From the NCBI GenBank assembly GCA_965237675.1, contig OZ250150.1, positions 4,544,001 through 4,608,000 of the forward strand: 64,000 nt of DNA. The letters are read 5' to 3'. The translations under genes and the position numbers were made by a program. The notes beneath the pieces were generated by a model. That model made no database searches, was not told the DNA's origin, and saw only the letters and a list, made by a program, of their open reading frames with translations. The stretch is from Candidatus Latescibacterota bacterium (GTDB taxonomy: Bacteria; Latescibacterota; UBA2968; GCA-2709665). Positions within the stretch are counted from its first letter, which is position 1. Each line of letters starts with the position of its first letter. This document shows, piece after piece, positions 62,929 to 64,000 of this stretch.

Positions 62929-63192
62929 GTGTTGTAGGATCTTATAATTGAGGACCGGGTTCTAAAATTTCTTGAGAATAGCGTCCAGGATAAGTTGAGG
63001 GAATCGGCTATTCATCGTCTTGAAGCGCTTAGAGACCCCGAGAACAGAAGGGGATCGATAAAGATCAAAGGGCGGCCAAAGAGAGATCCAATGTTCCGGG
63101 AAGATCTCGGTCGGGGCAGGTCCACAAAACAAAACGAAGCTTCCGGTCCTGATGTGGGTTGTATGCGATGGCTTTGCGTTAATAGTCGTTAG
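62929..63192 (+). pseudogene. RelE/ParE-like toxin remnant
   Basis: VL*DLIIEDRVLKFL...AIHRLEALRDP...GSIKIKG...FREDLG; in-frame TAG at 62935. Confidence 0.4.
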
Positions 63193-63665
63193 TCAGCCGA
63201 AGGAGAAATCGTTCTCTTCATTATGTACCGAGCCTCTTCATATCCGTCCTTCAACTCGACTTCCCCTCTTTTCCAGCCGAGACGTTCATAGAACCCCTCT
63301 GCGCGGGTGTTCGTTTCAGTTGTCAGCCAGATCTCCTCCGCTCCACTTTGCCATAGCCAATCGACCGCTGACTCCATCAGCCTTCGCCCGATTCCGCGAC
63401 CTTCGCATGCCGGAAGGACGAATAGCGCCCAAATGGATCTGGAATCGACGTTCGCGATGCAGAATCCGACGACATCGTCGTCAACTTCCGCTACCCAGCA
63501 CTTGCCGCAGGTCTGAAACAAATCCGCGACACGCTCAGGGGTTATTCCTGACGCTGCCAGTTCAGCCTACGTCATCGCGTTTTCCGTCGTCGCCGTTCGG
63601 ATCTCGAATATCGCGGGTATGTCGTCTACGATGGCTTCCCGGATTTGGACCGTATCGCTGGTCAT
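63189..63665 (-). pseudogene. GNAT acetyltransferase with in-frame TAG at 63567-63569
   Basis: IREAIVDDI...TENAMT*AELAASGIT...LFVLPACEGRGIGRRL...AEGFYERLGW in one frame. Confidence 0.8.
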
Positions 63666-64000
63666 ATTACTCTGTCCCGTGGCATGTGGAAGTCTGGCGC
63701 GGCGACGCAGTGATTCGGATTCGCGCGCCATTCGTGCATTTCGACAAATGGCACGACAAAGGGGCATCGGTTGAAATCATGGCAGGACTCAAATGCGATT
63801 GCCGGAAGCAGGCCTCTTCATGTTCCCTCTCGGCAGCCTCCAGGCCTTAGACGCCTGACGCCGCCTTCCGCCGGACGCGACGACGGGCATTGAAATACAG
63901 GGCGGCGTAGTAACAACCGGTTTTCAACAGCTGTTGCGCCCCACTGGGAGCGAGTGAGTCAGGTCAGCCCAATGGAGCGAATTCGGTCACTGTAGTGCCG

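Noticed and set aside
63567-63569. Pyrrolysine recoding as a firm call
   Set aside because: No pyl genes in the window, and GNATs are not typical Pyl proteins.

Overview
GC-rich bacterial genomic window with no rRNA, tRNA, CRISPR array, integrase or reverse transcriptase that I could see. Several PhyH dioxygenases, a sulfatase with its maturase, a cohesin/dockerin-like protein and many REP-like repeats resemble Latescibacterota/Poribacteria-type (often sponge-associated) genomes; this is inference only. 1-10.8 kb holds metabolic and repair genes: glxB/glxC-like, anSME, PhyH, GT4, rhamnulokinase and an EndoQ-UvrD fusion. About 11-32 kb is a more AT-rich defence island. It carries a PHP-ABC/SMC ATPase (Ppl-like) gene coupled to a Schlafen/AlbA_2 gene, BREX pglZ and DUF4276 remnants, a ~1369-aa nuclease-STAND-TPR gene split by an IS630, an IS1182, McrB-McrC followed by a Zn-finger/HEPN-motif protein, and MNT-HEPN and DUF433/PIN toxin-antitoxin pairs. 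A 12.7-kb block of this island lies between two 380-bp MNT-HEPN direct repeats. 32-64 kb holds accessory enzymes, MITE/REP elements and many decayed or frameshifted genes. It also contains a dispersed ~220-nt structured element with compensatory base changes, an exact 14-bp-period array upstream of a decayed higBA, and an XRE-thioredoxin-2H phosphoesterase operon behind a perfect consensus promoter overlapped by a palindrome. All family assignments come from motif recognition by eye, not database searches.
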